DNA from: Antedon mediterranea
Taxonomy: Eukaryota > Animalia > Echinodermata
DNA: 64,000 bases
Direction of reading: 5' to 3'
Assembly (NCBI RefSeq): GCF_964355755.1
Contig: NC_092671.1
Coordinates: forward strand, 11,966,001-12,030,000
A model generated the notes under the pieces. The model worked only from the letters and a program-made list of their open reading frames with translations. It was not told the DNA's origin and made no database searches. A program made the translations under genes and the position numbers. How positions within the stretch are numbered: the first letter of the stretch is position 1; the number at the start of each line of letters is the position of its first letter. Of this stretch, positions 13,001-26,775 are shown one piece after another.

Positions 13001-16000
13001 AAGGCAGCATAAATGGTTATCCTATAGTTCTAGATTGAAAACTGTTTGGATTTCGTTTGAAAAATGAAAAACAATAAACAATTCTTACTTTTCTTATCAT
13101 AACGGCACACAAGTCTAATCTCATTTGTAAGACTAAGCAGCAACAGCACAGCATCTTCCTTGGTCATTCCAAGCAGGCTTGTGTCGTTTACCTGCAAAAT
13201 CTGATCACCTTCATGTACTCCGGCCTTTTCTGCAGCACTGCCAGGCTGCATTGCTGCCACAAAGATGCCTGTCGAGTTGCCTCCTACGAGTTGAAGGCCG
13301 ATACTCTTTCCTTTGATAAAAGAGACATGTCTTTCCTCTGATCCTGGGGTAACTGCCGGTGGATCATAGCTTGGAGCCGGTGGATCATAGCTTGGAGTCG
13401 GTCTAGGTCGGGATGTTGGTGTTTCTTGCTGATAATAATCATTGCCCCCTGGTGGTGGTGGTGTTGACATTACAATACTGAATTAAAGAAACAGGCATAC
13501 ATTAGTACATCTCTTTTAGATCTATTTGATCATAAATATAATAAATGGAGGGTGAGAGTATGTCATAAGTTGAAAAATTGACTGCTCAAGAGTTGGAAAT
13601 AGAATATGGTTTCAGCAATCGGCCGACCAAACATTGTAAACCAGTTTGAAGCCATGTCCTCTACACTGTCATGCACCAATAAGCCTGCATACCAACATAA
13701 CATATTCTTACATTATTCATTTCATTGACATTAACTGATTTACAGTGGCCATTTCGAAGAGACTTAGCTCTGTTGGCATCACTTTGCTGTAGGACAGATA
13801 ACTCTCTAGCACATCTATGATACCTCAATGTGTTTATATAAGGTGTGACAAAAATACTGAAATACACCAGTAAATAAGTTTTGAGTACAAACCTTTCTGG
13901 CTGTGGTTTAACGTGAAGTGGAGGTGAAGATTCAGGAGTGACGGGAGGAAGTTCTGAAAGATGACATTCACAGATTTGTTATTACTGTCAATATTATGTA
14001 CTTTTAAGTAGGCGACTTTATATCAATTAAGTAACTACTTAAATTTAAAGTCTGAGCACTGATATGTTAAAAAACTCAAGTTATTTTCAATTTTAATGAA
14101 TATTAAAAACATTATTATTGTTCATGTTGTTGAGCACTCGCACATAATGTGTATACCTACTTCAAAACACTAGTAACCTAGTATAGTACAATGATAACAG
14201 ATAGATGTAGCTGCGCCTAGATGAAGATTGCTCGAGTGAAGACTAAGTTCTACCCAAATTTCCCTTAGCTTTAACACTAAAGTTATTTCTATATTTTCTA
14301 GTTTTCAAATTATCTATATGTTTACATTGTGACAAAAACTTAACTTTTGTTTAAAACCGTTCTTTTTAAACAAAGTAAACAGTCGCACTATTACGGAATA
14401 ATTCAGAGTTAAAAAATAGGAAAAAACAATAAATGAGGCGAACAGTTAAAAGGAGGATAAAGAAACTAGAAACGCAAGCAAATCAGGCAACAAGCAGTTG
14501 ACATCCAATACAAATAAAATAAAAATTCACAACAATAAATTTGTATTGAATGAGGAATAAATATACGATTTGAATTTTTACACAACAATAATAACATTCA
14601 TTTTGCCCTATAGTTATTTAGTCATGCTAAGGGGTGTAAATAGTTGTTATAACAAGATAATTTCTTTTTATTGTTCTTTCAATCAGTGTCAAACTGATGG
14701 CATTCAACAAGCATGTTTTATCATACGTTTTATATTAACATGGGCGGACGTAATAATATTACCTTTTTATAAGCTTAGACTTCTGTGGAAAACAAATTAA
14801 TTGACAAATCATATTCACTAATTTTAAAACTACATAAAAATTATACAAACAGTCCTGCTTCAAAAACTTCCACATTTAAGCAGTAAACAAAAAGCACTTT
14901 CTTGTATCATTAAATAGCAGTTCAGCTGATGTTGATATTTAAAAAAAAATTAGTTTTAGCTCTCTTCTAAATAAACATTCTTCCACTCATATATATTTAA
15001 AAGATGAATATTTAAAAACTTGCTTGAATAAAGACAATCTACTTTACCCAATTAGTATGTGTTTTCAATCGTATTTTAACTTTTACAAATCATTACCTGG
15101 GTTTGGTCCATCGTCGGGGGGTAGTCCATTTACTTGGTACTTGGAAGGGGTATCGTCTGGAGGGAGAGGTAAAGTACCTACATACGGGTCAAATGGTTCC
15201 TCTGGTTCCTCTGGTTCTTCTGGTCGAAACCCAGGAGGTAGTGGAGTATCAGGACTGAAATTAATTTCATAATACAAAGCACTTGGTTAGTCAAATTATA
15301 CTAGTTCTTTATAAATAGTGCTTTCAAAATAGTGTGCAACTGTACAACTCGGTAGTGCGTGTTATACCCTAAAATAGGGTACTCATTTGAGTGCCAGGTA
15401 ACTCTATTTGAAAAATAAAAGTCACTTTCTATTTTTCCTATATACATACTCAACAACTTCTGGATCTGGCTTTGGGGGTGTTATTGGCCGTTCCGGTTCA
15501 TCTGGTTTCTTCTTCTTCTTTGGCTCTTTTTTGATGTCCAATAATAATGATCCACGTGAATTCTGTATCAATTTTTTGGCATCGGGCAAACTCATGGCTT
15601 CAATAGGCATACCATTAATCTGCAATTGCAATGAAAATTACTACATTTAATAATATTTACTTTTCCCAATATGCTTTAGGAAAAATTCTACTAAAGAAAC
15701 ACATGATATAGTGATGAAAGAAAGCAATTATTGTAATTAGATTTAGTAAAGCCCCTTTCACACAGAGCTGTAAGACGGTAATATTGTGGTAATTCGCGAA
15801 CGCCGGCTCATGTGTGAAAGGGTAAAAACCCCTTAATGCCGGCTTCCGTTTGACCGCCTCTGGACCTTTTGCGGTAATATTACCGTCATGGTCGTAAGCC
15901 TGATCTGTGTGAAAGAGTCCACGATATAACGCCTGTTTACGCAGTGAAGCAAGGATAAATTCAGGACATTTTCCTTGATTGAGAAAGACTGTGGCAATTA

Positions 16001-19000
16001 TTTTAGGCCAAATAAATTATTAGATTATATCCATATATATATATTTTTTAGGTTAGTTTGTAAATAATACAATGGAAGAATACGGCCAATAATAATAAAA
16101 ATATAACAGATGTTGGTTCAAAGATTATTTAACTTGCTGCAACGTACGAAAGCCTACGCCCTAGTTAGCATAGTTCTAGCAGGAACATCCTCTGGTGCAC
16201 GCGCCTGGTGCTAGCTCATAACAGCTTCTGATAATAAAATTCGCGTCTATTTGTAGGCCTAATTAATAGATTTTGTTTCTGTAGAATGGCCATCACAATC
16301 GGGCAGTTATTAGCACGGAGTGGTGTTGGGCAAAAATATAGGTTTTATGCATCGTAAATAAAACCAATAAACTAAACGACGGACACACATTGTACTCCTC
16401 TCTTCGAAGATAGAGGCAATTGTGCCAAGCACGAAATAGATTATGATTAAAGTTTATGATTTAGGACAGGGCTGGTCGTCAAAAAATAATAGTGCACCAA
16501 CCCAATTGAAACTTACCGCAACAATGTTATCGCCAGTTACGAGACCTGCATTTGCTGCACTACCTTCAGGGTTCATATCTTCTATAAACAGTTTGATGGC
16601 CAACTTCATGCCAAACCCACCACGGTCTTTATGAAGCTCAACACTTTGCACGTTAGATGCACCTCCTGGACCATCTTGACCTTCTATCATCGGCCGTTTG
16701 ATGTGCTGTAATAATTAATTTTCAATTATTTATATAAATAAGAGTATTAAGCTTAAAAAATGAAACAATTATTGTTGAGATTGATGTTAGCAATAAATAA
16801 AGCTTTGCCAATCATTTGTTTTTTTCATTATCAATGGCATACTGTAAATTTTCCAGGACTTAAAAATCCATGTAGTATTTACTTTCTTAGTTTGTATTTA
16901 TTTGCAAATTACATCAGTTCATGTAATAATGACTTACCAGTGTGACTGTATTTCCACTGTCCCTGAGGGCCATGATTGCCTCTTCATGTTCTACACCTTC
17001 CATACTTTTGTTATTGACAGCTATAACTCTGTCATTCACTCTAAAATCAACAAACCAAGAAATAACCTTTAATATCATTAGCTTAACTTAAAAATCGACT
17101 TGAAAGCTTTTGAAATAGTTACCTGATATGCACTCAAGTAACCCTTGCAACCTCAAATTCAAGAAATAAACTATAGGGGTACTGTATATCATCACAAATA
17201 ATTCACTGATTTTAGCATTTAATACAAAAAAAGCTAACAAATTTCCTTTCCATGTCTTTCAATAATCAGTTCCTGTAAGTATATATTATTTTTTTGATTG
17301 AAGGGCAAAAACACTGCCAGCTACTACTCAATCAATAAAGTAATTCACATGCTCCCTGATAAACCCCCATATCTACTTCTGGCTAGACAACTCAATAGAT
17401 TGGAATTCACATGTTTTTATGAGTGGGTGAGGTAAAATGAACTGCAACTTAAACAATATGGAAAATAGAAAGTATTTGAAGAAACTATCTGACAATACTA
17501 ATAATACAGAATCATATTGTACCATATTGTTTTTTCACAAGCGTTCTCAATGTACAGTACATAGTATAAAGTACAAATTATGTCAGAGTATGAAAAAACA
17601 TCTGACAATATTGTACCAATTATATAATTGTTTTGTACTGACCTGACCAGGTGTTCGGCAGGGCCTTTAGCCAACACATCTGAGATGACAATAGCATCTT
17701 CTTCTGTCATATAATGTGGATTGTCTTTGCCACCACTAATGGCAATGCCAAATCCCATACCACTCTCCTACAATGAAATGAATATAATAATCTTATCATG
17801 ATGTTGAAATTAGTATATTCAGTATGGAAAATTATGGTGAGAATAACCTAATTATCTATGCATCTGGGTGGTAATAAGCTTTAGTTTCAGTAATGAAATT
17901 GTGATTGATGTCATATAAACAATCTTGATAATATAGAAATGATGACATTGATAAAAACTTGTTTTAAGATGCAAATTCATCCTGTATCATCAGTTTTATC
18001 TATATATAACTACAGGTAAACTTACCCTATTAATTTTCACAACCAATGTCTCCCACATGAGTTGAGACTATATAAAAAGAAAAAGAATCACATTTTTAGA
18101 ATAATTCAATTTACTAAATACAGTAGACAATATAACTTAACGATTAAGGTATTACGTGTACAAATAAATTCAGTCGTGACAAACAAAAAAACAAGATTCA
18201 CATAGATTTTAATCTAGCTCCACCAAAAACAGTCAGATTCTTAACGATTTTCACATTCCTACTTTGTTTTCATGCATTCTGAAAACCAGATCATGATTCT
18301 AAGTGGTAGCAGGTAATTTAAAAAAAGTGGAAGAGTTGATTGTATTTAAGTTTAATGTAAACAGTTTTTTAAAAGTCTGTATTGTACTCATCTGTATATG
18401 AATGGTGAAAAGGAAGAAATTACAGATTGAAATTATGAATCTACAACTAACCCAACTTAAGCAAATAATATATACGAAATTTAAGAGTAATGTCAGTTAC
18501 AGTCAACTCTCCCAATACCCGACACCTTTGGGCTGGCCAAATATATCTGGTTTTCCTGAAAGTCTGGATCGGAATGTGTTTTTAATGGTAAAATTGAATT
18601 TGGGACTGTTTGGTATTAAGATAGTTTCCAGTTTTAAAGGAGTCGAGTATAAAATTTGGCCAAAGTCTTTTTATCCAAATTTAGACTAAATTCAGTGGTG
18701 GGATTATACTCAAGCATGGGATTATATTTGGGTATCTATACAGTAATATCAGGGAAGAGTGAAATAATCACTCTTTCCTGGTATTAGTTTATTTTTAAAA
18801 GTATCTTATTGGTTATAATTCATTTTTATTTCAAAACTCACTGTAAACAATGTGCATCCATGAGGAAGTATATTAATAAGATGTGCATTGATTTGTAATT
18901 TGACCCGATGTAACTGAATGCTTTGCAATGTCATATCCAGCTGAGTTTAGTCGCCATGTTGTACAATACATACAAAATCAACTGCACCAAATCATAACGT

Positions 19001-22000
19001 TTTCAATTATAAATAATCACTCCATAAAACTGTTCATAAAGTTTTGCTTACTACAGAAAATATTTTAGCAACTGTACCATTGAGAAAGATTTGTTTGTGG
19101 AGGTGAAGCAATTTATATTTATATATATTTATTATATTTGTGGAAAGATTAAAAATCTTTTAAGGCATATGAACAACATCTTTTTAAAACTTGATACCAT
19201 TTTATCCACATCCATAATAAGGCTTAGAATCTAACAAGTTTCAAACCTAGATTTTAAATATAAAATGTACCGTACTTACTTTTCTTGAATGAACAATTCC
19301 TAATTTTAACATTATTTCCAAATTATATACGTATTGTTAAAATATTATCCTGCCTTTTTATGTTGTCATTTAACGAAACATGTTAACAGCACACTACAGT
19401 GCAAACAAGTGTGCAACGATTCCAATTGGTTGCAACCAGCACCCTGGTATAAAATTACAAGAGCGATGCCAATTTTGTAGGCAAGCAAATCCCTTATTCC
19501 CCTATGGTATGATTCCTAATTCACTGATGTGGACAATGGAGGCCAATTATGAACATAACAGTGCTATAAAACAGTCACAACAGGCCCCATTGAATTCAGA
19601 AAAAAAAATAGTCCCTATTATTATGGGATAGCTGCGTTATGCACAAAAGACTTAAGAGAAACAATGCAATTTGAGGTCTATAATTGAACCTTCAGAAAGA
19701 GGGATTAGAAGACTTGGGCTACTGAAATTGTGTAAACCCAGTTAAAGCATACTTTCACTATTGTTCTTAAAACCATTCACAATATGGCTGTAAAAGATTT
19801 ACTGTTACATAAAGATGACATAGGTCTACTGAAGAATCATAGTCATAGTATCTTTACAACTGTATTTGCCCATTAAAAAGAAGTTAACCGGAACTTGCTT
19901 TGAAACGTAATTTCATTATAAATATATACTGTGGATAAAACAGTAAAAATACACAGAAAATTGAATCAACATAGTACAGCTTAGAAATTAAAGTAACCTT
20001 TACTAGTAAGAGCATTATAAGGAAACTATAATTGACCCGTCACTTTCATATGATCCATCCTCATAATTACCTTATTATTGTGATTAGATATTAATTATTC
20101 TAGAGGCCTCAACCACTTCTTTAAAAAACTTTATGCAGTAAAATACATTTTTTTTGTTTTTTATGCAATCATTGTTTATTGCAGTAAATTAAACTCATGA
20201 ACTTCTGCAGTAACTGCAGTATAATAAATTAAAAACAGTAACCGCAATTATTGAATGCCTGAATAATAAAAAAGTTTACTGCAGTTTCTCCATTTTTTGC
20301 ATGAATCTTCCAGAGATTCAGAAGAATTAAATTTGGAATGCCGAATGAATTTTACTTCCTGAATGCATATCTTTGGTATTAGGTCATCATAGAGTTTTTA
20401 TTCTATTTTTGGACCACTATATTAGCAAGCTTGTTACAATGTTAAAAAGTAACCTTTAGATTTTTTTTTTAATTTGGCATTAATTTAAAAATCCAGAACA
20501 AAATAAAATAGGAACTTTACCTTCAATCTCAACATTTACAGTACACATTTTTTTAGTTTTTATGTATTTTGAAATTAGTAAATTGTGTAGAATGTAAATG
20601 ATTAAATAATGTACTTCAACACTAAAGCCTAAAAGTTGAAAGTGTAAAAAATGTTTGACTTGAAACCACATGGCTATCTTTTATTTTTCCCTATGGAAAT
20701 CAATTATCCCAAAGTTGAAATAATTTGTACACACAAGAGAAAAGTAGAACACTCTCTACTAATTTTGAACTGAAGTAGTAGAATTAAATAAACAAAGGCT
20801 ACCATGTTTGCTAACCATAAAAAGAAAATGATAATAAATCACCATCAACATGGCTCCTTTGACCTAAGCATTACAGCAAAATCTATTGGGTATCCAAGTT
20901 ACTATTTTAAGCTTCAACTTTGGGACAACAGTTGGGAACATTCAAAAAAAAAAAATCATATTATTTACAAAACGCATAAGCCGACGTGTAGTTTTTAAAA
21001 AAAGAATTCCAATGTTTTTCTACAGTACCACCTATAGCAATGAAATGGAGGGATGAAGAGTCGTCCATACAGTACTTGTGGTCTAGTGGTAGAGCATCGA
21101 TCTGCCTAGCAAGCAGAAGTTCAAGTCATAATTGGGACAAATTGTTTAACCCTCACACACTCTCAATATGTTCAGACTCACAGCGTTAAGGTGGCATTAT
21201 GTAAGCGGCATATATATTTTTTGTCTGAACTAGGCCGCGGATTCACGCGGATTAGTGTTAGGGAGCTGTTACTGTATGCCTTACGTTAGATATCAAACCT
21301 AACACCGTGAGTCTGAACATACTCTTAGTTTAATTTGGATCTTACCCGAGATATACTTAAATTATTTCGACTTCCATGTTGTCCCCTTTTCTTACGAAAG
21401 AATGAACTCCTCTCCTTGTTAGCTGGCCCACCTCCAGTGGGTCTCCCTCTGCTGAAATTGCTACCACCAGCATGTCTGAAAAGACAAAAAGAAACTTAAA
21501 TGTATTCATTGTACTGCTGTGGTTAATCAACGGATATTCCCCCTTAATTTTACTGTACAGTACAAATAGTAAATACTATATTATAATTGAAAGGTACCAT
21601 AGTCATCAGTACAGAGTGCAATGAACCAAACTAGATCTGTTTTGTAGGCCAGAAATAAATGGGATATAAAAGGAGCTATATACTATATTATAATAAACAA
21701 TTCCGATTTATTGTATAAGGCTAAGAGTAAACATTGTTGTTACATTGTACTGTGTACACATACAGTAATACACCACATATAATAAAATCTGCAATTGTAT
21801 AAGAGTGCTTTGTAACATTTTTGGGCTAGCCAACAAATCTTATCCTTTTTGGTACCCTGTACATGTGGGTCAGACTTAAATAACCAAAAATAAACTTCAA
21901 ACTTTATTTGAATCAGGCACTTACCGTACCACTTTTTAAAAAAGTATTTTGAGAGAGCAATTGTAATACCAATATGTTTTGTCTTCAATACTTTTTTTAA

Positions 22001-22913
22001 AGAATTTTTTTTATAGGAACTACTTTCAAGTGCCTAGATTGTGATAAATTATTTTTCTCATGGGTGCTGGCATAAAGGTCTACTATAAACCTCTACAAAA
22101 TAATTGACTTAAGTCGATAAATCTTTGCAACAGAATAAATGGTAAACATTGTTTGAACACCTTAAGTAAAGTAGGCAATGGGTCACTTGAACGCCAACAA
22201 ACATTTCAAAAGCATATCAATTTTCACATGTATGCACAGTGCATCACACTGTTTCTAAGATTTTAAGACAAACAATTTTATAGTAACATTGCGCAAAAAT
22301 TATTTAATTTAAATGTGCAGATTATGTTATACATGGTGCAATTACGGTATGTAGGAATATTACTGTAATTTCAGTCACTAAAGTGTATTGTACAGTAAGG
22401 TAGAAAATGTAGTGAAAAAGACAAGCATTTTCATGAAAAACAAAATGTAAGGAAGTATTTAAACAATTTTGTTTGCCTTTTGTTAATAAGAAAGTTGAAT
22501 ACTGTATGTGAACTCTATTTATATAGTAGTAAATTACCTAAGGCTAAAACTTGTTATTCTACTTTTTATTATTATCAAATGAATTGGATTACAAAACGTA
22601 ATTATTACAGAACTTGAAAAAAGCTTTTCGGTCCAATTCCTTTTTTCAGCTGAAAAAGGTAAAAAGGGTTTCTATTTTAGAGAATATTCACACTGTACAC
22701 TGGTACAGTGTACAGTAAATCTAACTGAAACTTACGGATCTGGAAAATGCATGGTTTTTGACTGCTTTTCCTGTATTTCTTTAAGTTGCTTTTGTGCTAC
22801 AGCGTACAGCCTCAAACTCTCATCACGCTCCTTTAGAGCAATCCTATAACTGAACTGTAATGCCTTACTCTCCCTGCTTGTGTTAGTTTCTGCACTTGGA
22901 GTATGTTCTGTTT
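269..22913 (-). CDS. TJP1: Tight junction protein ZO-1-like MAGUK (PDZ1-PDZ2-PDZ3-SH3-GuK-Pro/charged-ZU5), multi-exon; true 5' start not resolved
   Basis: Phase-consistent GT-AG exon chain in transcript order: 22736-22913, 21346-21475, 18026-18067, 17643-17767, 16938-17040, 16517-16705, 15450-15619, 15097-15254, 13893-13953, 13089-13477, 12622-12841, 12307-12458, 12080-12130, 11712-11807, 9352-9422, 8626-8839, 8439-8536, 7921-8130, 6628-7717, 5661-5907, 871-1079, 520-663, 269-375. ZO-family motifs: [111 protein letters not shown]-stop (TGA at 269-271). Confidence 0.95.
1380..1511. mobile_element. Small MITE with terminal inverted repeats (PIF/Harbinger-like)
   Basis: GCTTGGTTCCCAATAG ... 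CTAGTGGGAACCAAGC inverted termini, about 130 bp, non-coding, intronic. Confidence 0.55.
6628..7717 (-). CDS. TJP1: ZO-1 large exon: E/R-rich helix followed by Pro/Ser/Thr-rich disordered region
   Basis: 1090-nt open exon overlapping ORF 6623-7636; phase 0 in, phase 1 out, matching both neighbours. Confidence 0.88.
8439..12841 (-). CDS. TJP1: ZO-1 SH3-U5-GuK exons
   Basis: SH3 ([13 protein letters not shown]...[13 protein letters not shown]), [11 protein letters not shown], GuK ([17 protein letters not shown]; KHCILDITP; QNKPIWVS). Confidence 0.92.
10408..10902. mobile_element. Kolobok-like non-autonomous DNA transposon
   Basis: Perfect 14-bp TIR AGATGTATTGTCCC / GGGACAATACATCT flanked on both sides by TTAA (10404-10407, 10903-10906). 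Confidence 0.75.
13089..13477 (-). CDS. TJP1: ZO-1 exon encoding Pro-rich linker and PDZ3
   Basis: [49 protein letters not shown]; AG acceptor at 13478-13479, GTAAG donor. Confidence 0.92.
15750..15918. mobile_element. MITE-like element with CTTTCACACAG inverted repeats
   Basis: CTTTCACACAG ... CTGTGTGAAAG inverted ends plus internal GACGGTAATATT / AATATTACCGTC inverted pair; GC-rich island in an AT-rich intron. Confidence 0.5.
16938..18067 (-). CDS. TJP1: ZO-1 PDZ1-coding exons (18026-18067, 17643-17767, 16938-17040)
   Basis: Joined translation [29 protein letters not shown]...[31 protein letters not shown]; canonical splice sites. Confidence 0.9.
21167..21321. mobile_element. MITE (TGTTCAGAC-type hairpin)
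   Basis: TATGTTCAGACTCAC ... GTGAGTCTGAACATA inverted termini; related termini at 37492-37630. Confidence 0.55.
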
Positions 22914-25900
22914 CTGTGGAGAAAAATAATTGATATTTTAACAGAAACTCAACCTCAATTAGATCAGTTGATCAACAGTGACGAAAAACAGTAAGATACA
23001 ATGTGGAACTGTGTAGACCATCATATGCCATGTTCTGTTCAGTTGCTTTCATGGGCACAGTATCGCTATTACTTTGATGGGTAGGAACCTTAAACTTATC
23101 CCAGGTAATAACTGAATGGGCCCATAGTGGCCATAGTTCACAAATCATAGGTTCAAATCACAGGCAATTTAATTGAAAGAACACACTCACTACTGTAGGT
23201 ATTAATACCTTAATTTAAATTCTGACATTCATTTTATAAAGACTTATTAATTGAGGATATTAATAACACTGTATCATCCAATCCAAACCTAACTCAACTC
23301 CAACTATAAATATGAACCAACAAAATGGGATACAATGGTAATACATTAAAATAAGATTTAGAGGAATAAATATTATTCTCTATCAATCAAAAAGACAATC
23401 AGATACACAGTACTGTATTTAAACCAAAAAATGACAATATAGAACGTTATTTATTTATTTAACCTGTTGGAATTATTGCACCTAATAATAAGTAACTTAA
23501 TAAATATGGTGTTTACTGTAAAAGTGAAAAGCAAATTCCAGAAATCATCCGATTGAAATCCCAATGGAGAAGTTTGAAGACCTTTAAGTCAAAAGAACAT
23601 AGGAATGACATGTTCAATCAGCTGATCAATATCCCAATTGTCTAATAAAGTAAGTGCACAGTGAATTTAACTTGTGTTAGTATGGCACATAACTTATTTA
23701 CAAACAATGAAGCATAAATCGTTTTCTACAACATATGCTTTGATTGTTAACCTTTATACAGGCTCACGAACAAAAGGGTAACTGGGGGCATTTGACACAA
23801 AACACCATCCTTGGGGTACACAGAATATGGGTAAATGTAATGTCTAATAAATTGCCAGGTACAACAATTCTAGATACTAGAGAACTATTTAATGGCGGAA
23901 ATCTATTGTCAACCAGTTCTCCACTGTAGAAAGGCATTGTATTCATAATTTCTATAGGAAAGCAACTATTCAATTAGTGGCATCATAGTTTAGTATTCAC
24001 TATGGTTTCTCTCATTATAATAACAAAGCCTTTTATATTATGGGCTTCCCTTGATTGCTCGATTAGAGTATTACTACAGTATTACCTATTCTTGATTGAA
24101 AACATATTGTATTTCTTATATTTACCGTATTAAAAATTTCAATGCTTTTTTTATATTCACAATTATTACATACTATACACTTAATTTTGCAAAATTGTGA
24201 TATACCTATATATACATATCATCTCATGTTTTGGTACATTAGATAAAAAGATACTAAACCTAAATTATTAGTGTCAGTGTCAGCTATACGTACAAGGCCT
24301 CCTTCACAATTTAAAGCAAGAACTTTAAAAATGAGCAAACACCTTGTAATTGTAGTGTGAAAATAACTTTCCTATATCTAGTCTTTCACACCTTGCTTTA
24401 CACTGGGGATTGTACATGAATACTTTCATTATATCTGTCAAAAACAGAATTCATTATCAATGTTTTGAACTAACTGTATAATTAACTTAATTCAAAGTCA
24501 TTACAGTATACAGTAGCAAGAACCTCATCAAAACAATGTAAGTATACAGTCAACAATATCACTTTTTTTTTAAACTTATAATCAAAGTGCACTATAAAAC
24601 TCTAGGCCTACTACCAACCCTTCATGTTTCTGCTTTACTTCTTTCCGGTTTGAATGAAATTTTCTCAAAATTCTCAAAAGCAATTTCAGTCATGATGGGC
24701 ACAAATTCCTATTATAAACTTGTAGAACAATTTGCAGGTCACATTGTACTATGTAGGTCACAAATTATCTAAATGCCAACAATTTTGTATAACAGTCAGT
24801 AACTTATTAAGTGAATTCCATTCCATCCAGGTTTGGTTAATGTATACCACTTAAAAAAAAGCCTGTTTTTTTTTTATTGTTGTTTTTTTTCTGTCAGACT
24901 ACAGCTTAGCAAAATTTCTTTTCATAAAGCATCATCAATGTTTGTACAGTTACTACCGGCAGGGAATTGCTGGTACCGGTACTCTTTTTTGTCAAAATAG
25001 AGATGGAGATAAACCTGCACAAGAACTTGAATGAATTGAATGAAGGAGAATCACTTTAGAATTATATTAGAATCATAAAAAACCTTTAAAAAAAAATCTT
25101 CTATTACAGCTTCATTACATTTCAACTACCCAATTGTTGAATAAAAAGTCTACAGTATACAGTAGATATTATTTATTAATTATCTTTAGAATACATAGTA
25201 AAAAATGTATGCATGTATTACATTAATTAAATGAACATTACAGAATATACTGTCCTCATTTTTTATGTAATACTGTAAGACTGATTATTCTTTCTTATGG
25301 CATATAACATTGTGTCGAGGTTATTACTCTATATTGATTACTTATTATAATATCATCGCTGTCTCGGTTACCACCCACCGTAATTTGCATATTACAATTA
25401 ACAATAAAACTCAGCTACTATACACTGTTAGGTTATTCAAGTGCATTGTTGTTTACCATAATACTTAAAGCAAATATGGAAAAGCTGGATTCATGAATAA
25501 CATGCTTAAACGTATTTTAGCAATAAAATATTGGTGTATTGTGTTACGTACCTTTATAACCAAAGAATATATATAGATTTTATATTTTTAAAATATATCT
25601 TAGCACAATACAGAATATGCATATTGAATCAAACACCACCCTTCACGTTGTTTTTAACTAGCCAACTGGGCCAGTAAACCAGTTTTTTAATAACCCAAAT
25701 TCAATTCTGCTGACCATCAATTATTTTAACGTGTACTGTACATATATATAATTTACCTGTTTTGGCCAGTAATCTAACTGGGAGGTTTTACAAGCCTGTC
25801 ATGGGTTTTACTGCTCAGAGCATAGTACAGTTATTGTACTGTAACTGGAACATTATATAATAACAAAATTTATATAGGATTTGTGAAAATACTGTAACTT

Positions 25901-26199
25901 TGTTATGTACTTAATAATATTTTCATCTAAATAAAAACCATTGTGTAAAATGTTTTGTGCTGCTTTCGATGAGTAGTCATAACAATTTTATGGACTTTGC
26001 TTTTTTACAATAGAGTTTGGCCAACGCAAGGCATAAAATTCAATTCTCACCAATTGGATTGTGACACTCTCTGAGAACATTTAAAACAGATTTAATTATG
26101 TTTTTGGTTTGGTAGACAATACAAATTGAAATTCTGTCTTGGTATGGAATGAATGCAGATTATTATTACCAACTAACTTAACATGAAATAGGTGCCAAC

Positions 26200-26775
26200 A
26201 GGTACTGATGGAATTAGTGAGACAGTACCTTTACGGACAAGGAATATTCCAAATCTATTGAATATTGATACACCCTGTACCAGGCCTATACTGTAGATAT
26301 CATTCATTTAATAGTGTTTAATAAATCCATTATGAATATCAAACTATTTTATACAAATTATACAAAAATATTAACCTTACTCTTCACCTCAATATAGGTA
26401 CTGATGGAATGAGTGGGATAGTACCATTGAATATTGATACACCCTGTACTAGGCCTATAGATATTTGAGCTATCAATGATTATCATCATTAATAGTTGAA
26501 TAGTAATCTGTTTAATAAATCCATTATGAATATCAAACTATTTTATACAAATTATACAAAAATAGTAACCTTACTCTTCACCTAAATAGGTACTGATGGA
26601 ATGAGTGGGATAGTACCATTGAATATTGATACACCCTGTACTAGGCCGCCTATAGATATTTGAGCTATCAATGATTATCATCATTAATAGTTGAATAGTA
26701 ATCTGTTTAATAAATCCATTATGAATATCAAACTGTACAAATTACACAAGATTAGTAACCTTACTCTTCACCTAA
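26200..26775. repeat. Tandem repeat, about 190-bp unit x3
   Basis: AGGTACTGATGGAAT...AATAAATCCATTATGAATATCAAACT...AACCTTACTCTTCACCT recurs starting near 26200, 26397 and 26588. Confidence 0.85.

Noticed and set aside
21070-21135. Possible tRNA gene (TGGTCTAGTGG A-box-like)
   Set aside because: No complete cloverleaf or good B box; at best a degraded tRNA-derived SINE head.
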